Origin: Escherichia coli | GTDB lineage: Bacteria > Pseudomonadota > Gammaproteobacteria > Enterobacterales > Enterobacteriaceae | Strand: one strand, 5' to 3' | Assembly: GCF_003018255.1 (NCBI RefSeq) | Contig: NZ_CP027440.1 | Length of the DNA: 64,000 nucleotides | Part shown: in pieces, positions 54,137 to 63,185 of the stretch | Layout of the letters: each line of letters starts with the position of its first letter | Position numbering within the stretch: position 1 is the stretch's first letter | Notes under the pieces: generated by a model | The model's database searches: none | Told to the model about the DNA's origin: nothing | What the model saw: the letters and a program-made list of their open reading frames with translations, nothing else | Position numbers and translations under genes: made by a program

Positions 54137-57100
54137 GCGTCGTATCCCCCCTGATCGCTGTAGTTACTCCTGGCTTTTGCCTTCAGCCTGCGTTCACGTT
54201 CATCAAGCTGGCGTGCCACCTCCCGCGCAATATCCTGCGCACTTTGTCCTGGCTGCGTCTGAATGATGATCTGCGTCGGTGCCTCAATCCGTTGAACGAG
54301 CGGCACAGTGGCTGCGCGACTCACAATTGCTTCTCCACCTTTCGCGGGAAGTGCCAAAGGGTGCAACGGTGGAAGCTCTGCTGGCGCGGCAGCAACGCCC
54401 ATCATTCCGGCAACAACGGCAGCCAGTGCAGCTGTATTTCTCCGGCTGGTCACATTTGCCGGGCCGTTAACAATTTCCGGCCCGTTTTCACCGACGATGC
54501 CAAACTGCCCGCGCGGGATATACCCGCCGCTGTCATACATCCCCGCAAAGCCATATCCCCATGATGGAAAACCACCCGATGGCATCATCACTTTACCGTC
54601 TGCATTCACCGTCGCAGGTTGCTGACGCGTCACGCTTTCCGGCAGTTTTGCCTTTGCGGCCTCTTTACTGACAATGCCGAGCTTCTCCAGCAACCAGGAA
54701 ACGCCGGATTTCAGGGAGTCCAGCGGATGCATGACCATATTCAGCCCTTCCACCAGTGCCTCCCCGAATCGCCGCCCCATTGCCGCTGCGCTCTGCAGTT
54801 CGGCAGAGGTCGACTTAACGGGCGTCAGCAGATCAGTAAACCAGCCCCACAGCGCCTGCACTTTGTCGCCAATCCACTGGAACACGGGCTTAAGCGGTTC
54901 GAACGCTGCACTGATGGGACCTGCCGCCGCTTTGAATCCTTCCACCACGCCACCGAGAAATGCGGTGATGGGTTGCCAGTATTTCCAGACAACCAGCGCC
55001 ACGCCCGCCAGTGCAGTAACCACAAGACCTATCGGACTGAGCAGAGCACCTAACAGACCAGATATGGCATACAGGGCAACGCGCAGCATCGCCAGTGGAC
55101 CAGATGCCAGTACTCGCAGCACCGTGCCTGCGGCGGCCAGTCCACCGCGCAGTACCGACAGAGGATTCATAAACATCACAGCAACAGCACGTAAACCGGA
55201 TAATCCAGACCGCAAAAGTGCAACCGGCGCACCTGCTACAGTTTTCAGGACATTTCCCGTCAGTGATGCCGTGCGGCGCAAAGACGACAACGGCGCAGTA
55301 AGTAAACCTGCGGCGTTGCCCGATGAAGCAAGCCCGCGTCGCAGCAGTGCCAGTGGTGCGCCAGCCAGCCAGGACAACGCGCTGCTGGTTCGAGTTACTG
55401 CTGCCGTAACGAAAGATAACGTTTTGATACCCAGCACAGAGAATCCCAGACGGATCACTGCCAGCGGCCCCAGCACTGCAGCCAGCGCCACCGCTAAGGT
55501 GCCGAGGCCGACGGTAACCGCAGCCACAACAGCCGATGCTTTCATCAGTGTGCCTGTCAGTTCCGGGTTAGCTTCCACCCAGCGACGCAACGCCCCCGTG
55601 ACGCTTTTCACCGTGTACAGAATATCCATCAGCGGCTGGCGCAGCGTTTCGCCCAGGCTGCTGAAGGTGTTCTGCGCTCCGGTTTTGACCAGCAACCACT
55701 GCGCAGAAAGTGAATCCTTGTTAATGTCGGATTCTTTCTGCATGGAGCCGAGCGCATCATTGCCCGCTGTCAGTTTTAACTGACGCTGCAGTTCCGGCAG
55801 GTTGTTTGCCAGTTTCGCCGCGTCATCGCCAAACTCTTTACCAAACAACATAGTCATGGCAGACAGGCGCTTGTCCTGCGGCAGCGCGTTTACCTTCTCC
55901 AGCACGCGCTGGATGGTTCCCATCGCATCCTTCGTCATCTGCTTTTCAATCACTTCAGGATTGAGTTTCAGCAAATTCATCCCTTCAAAGAAACTTTTGC
56001 TTTGCATGGTGGCAATGGACAATTCACGCACCATCGCGTTTGCTGCACTGGCTGCAACCTCTGGCGCAGCGCCCAGTGTCAGGAAGGTGGAACCCAGCGC
56101 CGCCGCTTTACGATAATCCAGACGGTCAGCCACACCGCCCAGACGTTGCATCACATCAATGATGTCTGCCCCTTTCGACATGGCGTTATCATCCAGATAG
56201 TTCAGCGCATCACCGAGCTGTTCAATATTGCGGGTGGGGATTTTGTAGAGCTGGGCGATTTTCCCCAGACTTTCTGACAGTTCATCCGCTGGCAGCTCAA
56301 AGGCTGTTGCCGCCTTTGCTGCCGTACTGGCGAAGGCCAGCAGGTCACGTTTCTGATCTTCCCAACTGTCGTCAGGGTTTGCGACGTTCATGCGCGCACC
56401 ACCTTCAACCAGTGCAGCGAAATCCACCGCACCGTTTTCCATCGGCAACTGTTCGCTGGCAGCCTTGATGGCATCCTGCATTTCATAAAAACGTGCAGTG
56501 CGGTTGCCATTATCGTCACGCAGACCATTGACCTGCTTTGCCACACCTTTCATGGCATCTTCCATGCTGGTATAGCTTTTTACTGCCGCCATCACTGGTG
56601 CGCCCATTGCCAGCCCTGCAGCCGTGGTGGTGGCTCCGGCACCTGCAATACGATCACGCACCTCCAGCGAACGGGCATAACTGGCACGCGCTGCATTCAT
56701 CCTGCGCTGAGCTTCCCCCAGTCGCTTCAGCCGCGCCTCCTGTTTCGAAAGTTCCTGGTTATAACGTGATGTTTCACGGGCTAAACGGGCAGTTGCTCCC
56801 GCATCGTCTTTCGCAGAAATTCCCGCCCGGTACAGTTCAGCACGCACAAGCGCCGTCTGCTGCTGCAGCTTTTTCTGGCGTTCTTCCAGGCGCTGAACAG
56901 CCAGCCGTTGACGGCCCAGAGCAACAACCTGACGTTGCGAAGGCGGCCCCATCGCTCCCAGTTCCTGACTGAGCAAATTTGCACGCTGGCGGGCATAGTT
57001 CAGCCTGTCGCCTAATTTCTGATTTTCTGCCTGCAGCTTTCGGAAGCTGTCCAGACTGCTCCCGGCCTGATCAAGCTGCTTTATTGCATCGCGGGATTTT

Positions 57101-57210
57101 TTGACAGCAGCAGCCAGTTCTCTTGAACTGGCCTGCGCAGATCGAAATGGGCGGGTGAGCTTGTCAACCGCATTAAGAATGACCTGCAGACGCAGGTTGT
57201 TATCACTCAT
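54133..57210 (-). CDS. tail tape-measure protein (P2 gpT-like)
   Basis: 1025-aa ORF with Ala/Leu-rich coiled-coil N-terminal half and Gly/Ala-rich segments, typical of tape-measure proteins. Confidence 0.88.
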   Translation of the reverse strand: MSDNNLRLQVILNAVDKLTRPFRSAQASSRELAAAVKKSRDAIKQLDQAGSSLDSFRKLQAENQKLGDRLNYARQRANLLSQELGAMGPPSQRQVVALGRQRLAVQRLEERQKKLQQQTALVRAELYRAGISAKDDAGATARLARETSRYNQELSKQEARLKRLGEAQRRMNAARASYARSLEVRDRIAGAGATTTAAGLAMGAPVMAAVKSYTSMEDAMKGVAKQVNGLRDDNGNRTARFYEMQDAIKAASEQLPMENGAVDFAALVEGGARMNVANPDDSWEDQKRDLLAFASTAAKAATAFELPADELSESLGKIAQLYKIPTRNIEQLGDALNYLDDNAMSKGADIIDVMQRLGGVADRLDYRKAAALGSTFLTLGAAPEVAASAANAMVRELSIATMQSKSFFEGMNLLKLNPEVIEKQMTKDAMGTIQRVLEKVNALPQDKRLSAMTMLFGKEFGDDAAKLANNLPELQRQLKLTAGNDALGSMQKESDINKDSLSAQWLLVKTGAQNTFSSLGETLRQPLMDILYTVKSVTGALRRWVEANPELTGTLMKASAVVAAVTVGLGTLAVALAAVLGPLAVIRLGFSVLGIKTLSFVTAAVTRTSSALSWLAGAPLALLRRGLASSGNAAGLLTAPLSSLRRTASLTGNVLKTVAGAPVALLRSGLSGLRAVAVMFMNPLSVLRGGLAAAGTVLRVLASGPLAMLRVALYAISGLLGALLSPIGLVVTALAGVALVVWKYWQPITAFLGGVVEGFKAAAGPISAAFEPLKPVFQWIGDKVQALWGWFTDLLTPVKSTSAELQSAAAMGRRFGEALVEGLNMVMHPLDSLKSGVSWLLEKLGIVSKEAAKAKLPESVTRQQPATVNADGKVMMPSGGFPSWGYGFAGMYDSGGYIPRGQFGIVGENGPEIVNGPANVTSRRNTAALAAVVAGMMGVAAAPAELPPLHPLALPAKGGEAIVSRAATVPLVQRIEAPTQIIIQTQPGQSAQDIAREVARQLDERERRLKAKARSNYSDQGGYDA

Positions 57211-57336
57211 CGTTGGCCCCGCTTCTCTGAATCGCTTTATACCGCCATTCCAGCACTTCGGTCAGCGGCATAACGTCAGTAACGGATGGCGGCCAGTGAA
57301 AAATGGTGGCGATATCTGCCACCAGATCGTCAACCG

Positions 57337-57639
57337 TCAGGCTGTCGGTAAACCGGCAAGCACCGACTTCTTCAACAAAAAAGTGACAACCTCAACCGAC
57401 ATGGCAGTGAGATCTGCCGGGTCCATCTCTGCAATTTCCTGTGCAGTCAGTGCCGGACTGGAGATGCGGGGGATCACGATCATCATCGCGTTTACATCCA
57501 TATCCATAATGGCCTGCAGGCGTGTACCGCGCAGCGCACCGGACTGCGGTTTACGCAGCACAATTTCGGTGATTTCTGTTTTACCGCGCTTGATGGGGGT
57601 ATCCAGTTGAATGGTCTTTTCAGTCTGCTTATCGCTCAT
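57337..57639 (-). CDS. P2 gpE-like tail assembly chaperone (0-frame product; E+E' made by -1 frameshift extends to about 57203)
   Basis: 100-aa ORF MSDKQTEKTIQLDTPIKRGKTEITEIVLRKPQSGALRGTRLQAIMDMD...; a slippery site lies near its 3' end. Confidence 0.8.
   Translation of the reverse strand: MSDKQTEKTIQLDTPIKRGKTEITEIVLRKPQSGALRGTRLQAIMDMDVNAMMIVIPRISSPALTAQEIAEMDPADLTAMSVEVVTFLLKKSVLAGLPTA
57376..57382 (-). promoter_or_regulatory. programmed -1 ribosomal frameshift slippery heptamer T-TTT-TTG (E to E+E')
   Basis: Minus strand reads ACT TTT TTG in the E frame. The -1 frame stays open for about 59 further codons, stopping at TGA overlapping the first codons of the tape-measure gene. Confidence 0.7.
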
Positions 57640-57693
57640 TTTGCTGTCCTGTCAATTGGGTTCTGGCGCGGTATCCCGCGCCGTTCAGATATA

Positions 57694-58209
57694 TCAGAGG
57701 CCGAGGGCGTTGCGGTGCGCTTCCATCAGGTCCACACCGTCCACAATTTCCACCATGTTGATAAGGTCCACTTCATAGAGCACCTCACCATTGATGGTCA
57801 GCTTCGCGTAGCTGTTGGTACTGGTCACTTTGGTGGTGTTGCTTTCGCCCGTCTTCCACTCGCCGGAATCCACTTCTTTGTGACGTCCACGCACGACAAG
57901 CTCCACAGCCTGCACTTCCCCGGTATCGTCACGCTGAATAGAGCCGGTAAAGCGCAGCTGGATGCCATCCACCGTGGCTTTACCCATCTGTTTAAACAGC
58001 AGCAATTCAGTACCACCAATGGAAAATTCTGTGTCCAGCGCACTGTCATCAAGCCCCAGATCCACATCCACCGCACCCGGCATTCCGCCGCCGCGATACT
58101 TCTCATATTTGCGGGTGAATTTCGGCAGCGTCAGCGACTCAACGATCCCCTGCCAGTTGTTCCCGTCGTTAAACAGGTTCAGGTGTTTTAATTTGCGTGG
58201 TAAAGCCAT
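57694..58209 (-). CDS. tail tube protein (P2 FII-like)
   Basis: 171-aa ORF MALPRKLKHLNLFNDGNNWQGIVESLTLPKFTRKYEKYRGGGMPGAVDVDLGLDDSALD. Confidence 0.88.
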   Translation of the reverse strand: MALPRKLKHLNLFNDGNNWQGIVESLTLPKFTRKYEKYRGGGMPGAVDVDLGLDDSALDTEFSIGGTELLLFKQMGKATVDGIQLRFTGSIQRDDTGEVQAVELVVRGRHKEVDSGEWKTGESNTTKVTSTNSYAKLTINGEVLYEVDLINMVEIVDGVDLMEAHRNALGL

Positions 58210-58218
58210 GTTGTCCCC

Positions 58219-59391
58219 TTACGCGCTGACCTGGCTGGCGAAATTCACCAGGTACTGATCGGTGATGCGCTGACGCAGCATCAGGTTTTCAAGTGGCGGC
58301 ACTGGCGTGTAGTCGTAGTCGATGGTGAGTTTTCCGGCTTTCAGCGTGTCTTTGTCGTTCACCGACTCATCCAGCCAGCAATCACCACCAATGAGATAGC
58401 CCTGACTGACCAGGCTGCGCATTTTGGCGCGGATACCTTCGATAATGTCGCGGGCCAGCGACGGGTTAAGCGGTTTATCCACCGCCCACATGTGTGCTTC
58501 TGCCATCGTGTCCATCAGCACCTGCGCCGTGCGGGTGTAGTTTTCGAAGGCAAAGAGCGGGTCATCACTCAGGCAGCGGGAACCCCAGAAGCGGAAACCG
58601 TCTTTACGCACAAGCGTGGTGACGTCGTTCTGGTTCAGCAGACCTGCATCGGTTGCCGGGTCCTGCAGATCCCAGAACACATCTGCAGAAATTCCGGTGA
58701 CACCGTTCACGCCCACGTTGGACAGGCTTTTGTGCCATCCGGTCTGCTCGTCAATTTTGGCGCGCAGACCAAGCGCACGGGCGGTGGCATATGCCGTTGC
58801 TTCGGCATTCAGCACCGTGTCCCAGCCAGTAAAGTCAGGCCAGATCAGCATCCCTTCGCGCTGGCTGAAGTTTTCGCGGTAAGTGATCGCCTCCTGCACT
58901 GTCTTGCAGCCATACGCTGACAGGTAAGCAAATCCACGCAGGCTTTGCGCCACGCTCAGCAACTCAGTAGCTACCGCCTTGGTGTCGTGGCCTGGCACGC
59001 CGAGAATGCGCGGTTTAACGCCGAGCTGTGACTGGGCAGATAACAGGGCTTTCATACCTGTTTTTTTACCTTCAGCAGTCACTGCGCCGATGATATTGGT
59101 CGTGGTTTCGTCTTCCGTTTCACCCTGCGGCACACGCACAACAATGGTCACGGGTTTTGCCTGGTCAGCGATGGCATCCAGCGAACGGGCCAGAGTACCG
59201 GACTCACCCGCTTTACCGCTGGCAGTCAGCACATCAGTGATCAGCACGGGTTTATTAAGAGGAAACATTTTTGCATCGGCATCATCGCCCGTGCAGACCA
59301 TACCCACGATGGCGGTGCTCACCGTGGTAATAGATCGGGTGCCTTCGTTGACTTCAACAACGCGCACCCCGTGGTGGTAATCCTGAGCCAT
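58219..59391 (-). CDS. contractile tail sheath protein (P2 FI-like)
   Basis: 390-aa [56 protein letters not shown]. Confidence 0.9.
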   Translation of the reverse strand: MAQDYHHGVRVVEVNEGTRSITTVSTAIVGMVCTGDDADAKMFPLNKPVLITDVLTASGKAGESGTLARSLDAIADQAKPVTIVVRVPQGETEDETTTNIIGAVTAEGKKTGMKALLSAQSQLGVKPRILGVPGHDTKAVATELLSVAQSLRGFAYLSAYGCKTVQEAITYRENFSQREGMLIWPDFTGWDTVLNAEATAYATARALGLRAKIDEQTGWHKSLSNVGVNGVTGISADVFWDLQDPATDAGLLNQNDVTTLVRKDGFRFWGSRCLSDDPLFAFENYTRTAQVLMDTMAEAHMWAVDKPLNPSLARDIIEGIRAKMRSLVSQGYLIGGDCWLDESVNDKDTLKAGKLTIDYDYTPVPPLENLMLRQRITDQYLVNFASQVSA

Positions 59392-59533
59392 AGTGGCGAA
59401 CCTCCTGATTGGATTAGGCTTCGCCCTATGTTGAAGTGATTGTGCCTGACAAACAGCTAAGCGCAGTTGTGTCGTTATTCACACAAAATAACGGTATTTG
59501 TCTGCTTGCAGGGATAATCAACATAATGCTGAT

Positions 59534-60100
59534 TCAGGGGGATTCATTGATCTTATTTGCCGGAAATTTTCTATAAATGGTAGAAACGCCTACATCAAAA
59601 ATCAGTGCAATACGCTGTCTTGATTCTCCGGCCTCGAGTAAACGCCCAATCTGTGCCCACTGTTCGGTGGTCAACTTAGGACGGCGTCCACCTACTCTGC
59701 CTTTGGCACGAGCTGCAGCCAGCCCTGCCCTGGTACGTTCAACTATCAGTTCGCGTTCCATTTCAGCCAGGGCACCCATGACATGAAAAAAGAAACGGCC
59801 CATTGGGGTACTGGTATCAATACTGTCAGTCAGGCTTCTGAAATTCACACCACGCTGGCGCAACTCTTCTATCAGCGTAACAAGATGCCGCATACTGCGC
59901 CCCAACCTGTCCAGCTTCCAGACAACCAGCGTGTCTCCTGCCGATAGTGTCCTGAGTAGTTTTTTCAGCCCCGGTCTGTCGGACTTAGTGCCACTGATTT
60001 TGTCCTCAAAAATCCGCTCACATCCCGCGCAGTTCAGTGCATTACGTTGCAAATCGGTGTTCTGGTCATTTGTTGACACGCGTACATAGCCAATAAGCAT
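59534..60100 (-). CDS. pin: serine-recombinase DNA invertase (Pin/Gin/Cin/Hin family)
   Basis: ORF 59534..60106; MLIGYVRVSTNDQNTDLQRNAL... with catalytic Ser in the YVRVST motif and C-terminal HTH (GVSTIYRKF); very close to e14 Pin. Confidence 0.9.
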   Translation of the reverse strand: MLIGYVRVSTNDQNTDLQRNALNCAGCERIFEDKISGTKSDRPGLKKLLRTLSAGDTLVVWKLDRLGRSMRHLVTLIEELRQRGVNFRSLTDSIDTSTPMGRFFFHVMGALAEMERELIVERTRAGLAAARAKGRVGGRRPKLTTEQWAQIGRLLEAGESRQRIALIFDVGVSTIYRKFPANKINESP

Positions 60101-60155
60101 GATCATCCCCCTGAATAAAAACCGGAGATGATGCCAGTTAGCTGTTACCTCTGCA

Positions 60156-60181
60156 TTTTCTTAAACGTTGGTTTGGGAGAA
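60156..60181. repeat. invertase crossover site, left (pix/gix/cix-like)
   Basis: ttttcttaaacgttggtttgggagaa; inverted repeat of the site at 62124..62149. Confidence 0.75.
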
Positions 60182-60664
60182 GGTTCAGCATTACCTGTTG
60201 GTGCGCCTGTTCCGTGGCCTTCAGAGACACCTCCAACAGGCTGGCTGAAATGCAACGGGGCGGCTTTTTCTGCTGAAGAATACCCGGAACTGGCAAAGGC
60301 TTACCCGACAAATAAATTGCCTGATTTACGAGGTGAATTTATTCGTGGCTGGGATGATGAACGTGGTGTGGATAGTGGGCGAACTCTGCTTTCAGCGCAA
60401 GGAGATGCTATTCGAAACATTACTGGCGGTTTTGGTCAGTTGCGCGTAAACAGCGAAATTAATGCAATTGTCGATGTTCAAAGTGTGAGTGGGGCTTTTT
60501 ACGGAGGTACCTCAGTCCGGAATAACATCAATGTGTCTATGACATACGCTAATGACCGAAAAATCCGACAAGATGTTCACTTCTCGGCGGCAAATGTTGT
60601 TCCAACAGCAAATGAAAATCGTCCACGTAACATCGCCTTTAATTATATTGTGAGGGCCGCATGA
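60156..60664 (+). CDS. alternative tail-fibre C-terminal segment (Sv'-like), silent in this orientation and lacking its own start
   Basis: The frame is open through the crossover site (..LGE-GSALPVGAPVPWPSETPPTGWLKCNGAAFSAEEYPELAKAYPTNKLPDLRGEFIRGWDDERG...), so inversion would fuse it to the H constant part at the conserved GLGE junction. The track's ATG at 60128 is probably not a real start. Confidence 0.7.
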
Positions 60665-61265
60665 TGAATAAAGCTGTATTAAATAGCAAACTCATTGCCA
60701 TAAAAGCGGGAGACATTATCATTTATAATTATGATGGTGAAACGCGGGAATATATTTCTACATCAACTGAATATCTCGCTGTCGGCGTCGGTATCCGGCA
60801 TGTTCTTGTTTGGATGCACCAGGTACACATAAAGCTGGTTATGCAATTTGTCGTTCTGTAGATTTAAACTCATGGGAATATGTGCCAGACCATCGCGGTG
60901 AAGTTGTCTATAACACCGAAACGGGAGAATCAAAAGAAATCACAGCTCCGGGTGATTACCCTGAAAATACAACCACTATCGCCCCATTAACGCCATACGA
61001 TAAATGGGATGGCGAGAAATGGGTGACGGATACCGAGGCACAGCATAGCGCCGCAGTAGATGCAGCGGAAGCACAGCGCCAGTCGCTGATTGATACTGCA
61101 ATGGCTTCCATCAGTCTGATTCAACTGAAATTGCATGCCGGACGTAAACTGACGCAGGCAGAAACAACCCGGCTTAACGCTGTGCTGGATTACATTGACA
61201 CGGTGACGGCAACAGATACCAGCACCGCGCCGGATGTCATCTGGCCTGAACTACCGGAGGCGTAG
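60661..61265 (+). pseudogene. tail-fibre assembly protein gene (Tfa', partner of Sv') with an apparent 1-bp frameshift
   Basis: N-terminal part in frame 1 (60661..60861, MMNKAVLNSKLIAIKAGDIIIYNYDGETREYISTSTEYLAVGVGI) and C-terminal part in another frame (60810..61265, ...DAPGTHKAGYAICRSV...TDTSTAPDVIWPELPEA). The frames join if one C is added in ggtatc-cggca around 60795. Confidence 0.6.
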
Positions 61266-61680
61266 GCCATTCAATATCTGGAGCACTGGAGGTATCAACC
61301 AGTTCCAGTGCGTCCAGATAATCCAGCCATAAATTATATTGTTCCAGTTCGTCACCTTTCAGACGACCAATAGCAGCTTTGCCAGGCCACTGATGGGTGT
61401 TGATGTAGGTATTGGCTTCTGAAACCAAAGATATTTTTTTCATTTCAGCCATCAACACCTCATCCTCTTTTGAAGGCGGTGGGGAATTAATCCATATTGG
61501 CCGTCCTGAACTGTCAGCGCCAATTTCTTTCCCTTCTGGATGCAGCCCAAGAAATTGCTCATATCTTTCTCTGGTAATTTCAATAACATCATCAGGAAGC
61601 GTTCCCGCATCCTCATATTCTGGAAACAATTCTTGCAGATAAAAACTTTTACTTCCGGGTGAAAAGAATACTGAGTTCAT
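61237..61680 (-). CDS. tail-fibre assembly protein (Tfa / P2 gpG-like), active orientation
   Basis: 147-aa ORF directly downstream of H; C-terminus ...DTSSAPDIEWPTPPVVQAR resembles the Tfa family C-terminal motif. Confidence 0.8.
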   Translation of the reverse strand: MNSVFFSPGSKSFYLQELFPEYEDAGTLPDDVIEITRERYEQFLGLHPEGKEIGADSSGRPIWINSPPPSKEDEVLMAEMKKISLVSEANTYINTHQWPGKAAIGRLKGDELEQYNLWLDYLDALELVDTSSAPDIEWPTPPVVQAR

Positions 61681-61682
61681 TC

Positions 61683-63185
61683 TTACCGTCCAATGATTAA
61701 GGCTGAGACGCTGGTATCTGAAGGAAAGGCTGCATTCAGTGGTTTGTCGACTTTGAATACAATCGTATTATTCCCCCTGACAGCGGCAAAAGAACAAACC
61801 GCAGTCGCGTATGAACCTGTAATATTACTGGATACACCACCATAAGCTGTTGTTGATACCAGAGGGATAACGCCCAGCACCTTATTAGGAAATACAAAGG
61901 GCAATGTGGCTGTGGCAATATAAGACTTATTAGAACCTGTGATGGAATAAGCATTATCAGTCATTCCATTCATCGCCACTGGGCCGCTTATACTTACAGT
62001 AACCATCTGAATGATTAGCCCGTCAGGTTGACGAATCACAAAATTTCCATTGCCACCAGTAACCGTCCAGAAAGACATATCAGGGATTTGGTTTTCCCCG
62101 TTGCCCACATTCCGTTTTGCCGCTTCTCCCAAACCAAGGTATGTGAGAAGACCAGCTACATCCTTTCCACTCAAATTGGTAAGCGTATTGTCCAGCGGTT
62201 GTTTACCTGCCAGCGCATTAAGCATTGTCGTGGCAAAGTTCGGATCATTCCCCAGTGCCGCCGCCAGTTCGTTCAGTGTATCCAGTGCAGCAGGTGCAGA
62301 ACCCACCATTCCTGCAATCGCCGATTTCACAAAAGCCGTAGTGGCAATCTGTGTATTGTTGACCGACTGCGCCGCCGTGGGGGCTGTTGGCGTTCCGGTG
62401 AGTGCCGGACTCGACAACGGTGCTTTTAGTGCCAGCGCATTGTTAATGGTGGTACTGAAATTCGGATCATTGTTAATGGCTGCGGCTATTTCTTTCAGCG
62501 TGTCCAGCGTGGCTGGCGCACCATTAATAAGGGCCGTCAGTGCCGCCTGTACAAACGCAGTGGTCGCAACCTGCGTGGTATTATTCCCCGCCGCTGGCGT
62601 TGGCGCTTTGGGGGTTCCGGTAAATGTCGGGCTGGCTTTTGGCGCGTACTGTGAATGCGGGTCCGGTGCGGCAAGATGTTTTGCCATCTGATCATCCGCG
62701 TACACCTTCAGCTCCAGTGCCTTGTCATCCACATACTTGCGGGTTGCCAGCACTACAGCAGGGTCGATTTTCAGGGTGATATTGTCCGTGCTGCTGGTAA
62801 TCAGCACCATGCGCACGGTCTGAGTGCGCCCGCTACCTTCAGCCAGTTGCGGCTTATAGCTTTCCGGGCAGTTGCCCACGGCAATCAATGCCCCGGACTC
62901 ATCAAACAAGCCCACTTCACGTATCCACCAACCGCCCTCGTTTTCAGGGATCACCTGTTCGGCAATAATCTGGCTGCTGTTCTGCGGGTCGATATAAAGC
63001 ATATTCAGCGCAGCCCGGCGTTTCTCATTTACCAGTGCCGTCTGCTTTGCGTCCGGCGTTGGCAATACTCCACCGCCATCGCCCACCGCCATATGGGTAA
63101 TTTTTAGCGGCACACCGAGCGCGGCGGCGCTGGCAAGTTTCGCCGCGCCAATATCCGTCAGCAGGGTATAAAATTTTGTGCTCAT
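61683..63185 (-). CDS. tail fibre protein (P2 gpH-like); C-terminal part (61683..62123) lies inside the invertible segment
   Basis: 500-aa ORF; N-terminus MSTKFYTLLTDIGAAKLASAAALGVPLKITHMAVGDGGG... resembles P2 gpH; repeated motif TAFV...ALDTLNELAAALGNDPNF. Confidence 0.88.
   Translation of the reverse strand: MSTKFYTLLTDIGAAKLASAAALGVPLKITHMAVGDGGGVLPTPDAKQTALVNEKRRAALNMLYIDPQNSSQIIAEQVIPENEGGWWIREVGLFDESGALIAVGNCPESYKPQLAEGSGRTQTVRMVLITSSTDNITLKIDPAVVLATRKYVDDKALELKVYADDQMAKHLAAPDPHSQYAPKASPTFTGTPKAPTPAAGNNTTQVATTAFVQAALTALINGAPATLDTLKEIAAAINNDPNFSTTINNALALKAPLSSPALTGTPTAPTAAQSVNNTQIATTAFVKSAIAGMVGSAPAALDTLNELAAALGNDPNFATTMLNALAGKQPLDNTLTNLSGKDVAGLLTYLGLGEAAKRNVGNGENQIPDMSFWTVTGGNGNFVIRQPDGLIIQMVTVSISGPVAMNGMTDNAYSITGSNKSYIATATLPFVFPNKVLGVIPLVSTTAYGGVSSNITGSYATAVCSFAAVRGNNTIVFKVDKPLNAAFPSDTSVSALIIGR
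62124..62149. repeat. invertase crossover site, right (pix/gix/cix-like)
   Basis: ttctcccaaaccaaggtatgtgagaa; lies inside the H coding sequence at codons ~346-354 (LTYLGLGEA). Confidence 0.75.

Larger units (their letters stand above)
60156..62149. other. invertible DNA segment (tail-fibre host-range switch) bounded by 26-bp inverted crossover sites
   Basis: Left site 60156..60181 is the reverse complement of TTCTCCCAAACC-AA-CGTTTAAGAAAA; right site 62124..62149 is TTCTCCCAAACC-AA-GGTATGTGAGAA. They share a perfect 15-bp inverted core TTGGTTTGGGAGAAG and sit inside the tail-fibre coding frames next to the invertase gene. Confidence 0.8.

Noticed and set aside
54674-55783. 369-aa plus-strand ORF inside the tape-measure gene
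   Set aside because: It is antisense to the 1025-aa tape-measure CDS; its Ala/Ser/Pro/Arg-rich composition reflects the complement of GC-rich codons, and there is no upstream signal.
60128-60155. ATG at 60128 given by the ORF track as the start of the Sv' ORF
   Set aside because: The reading frame is open through the crossover site at 60156..60181 and the product is a tail-fibre C-terminal module. It is more plausibly expressed only as a fusion to the H constant region after inversion.
62050-62691. 213-aa plus-strand ORF overlapping the tail-fibre gene H
   Set aside because: Antisense to H; Ala/Ser/Val-rich low-complexity translation.
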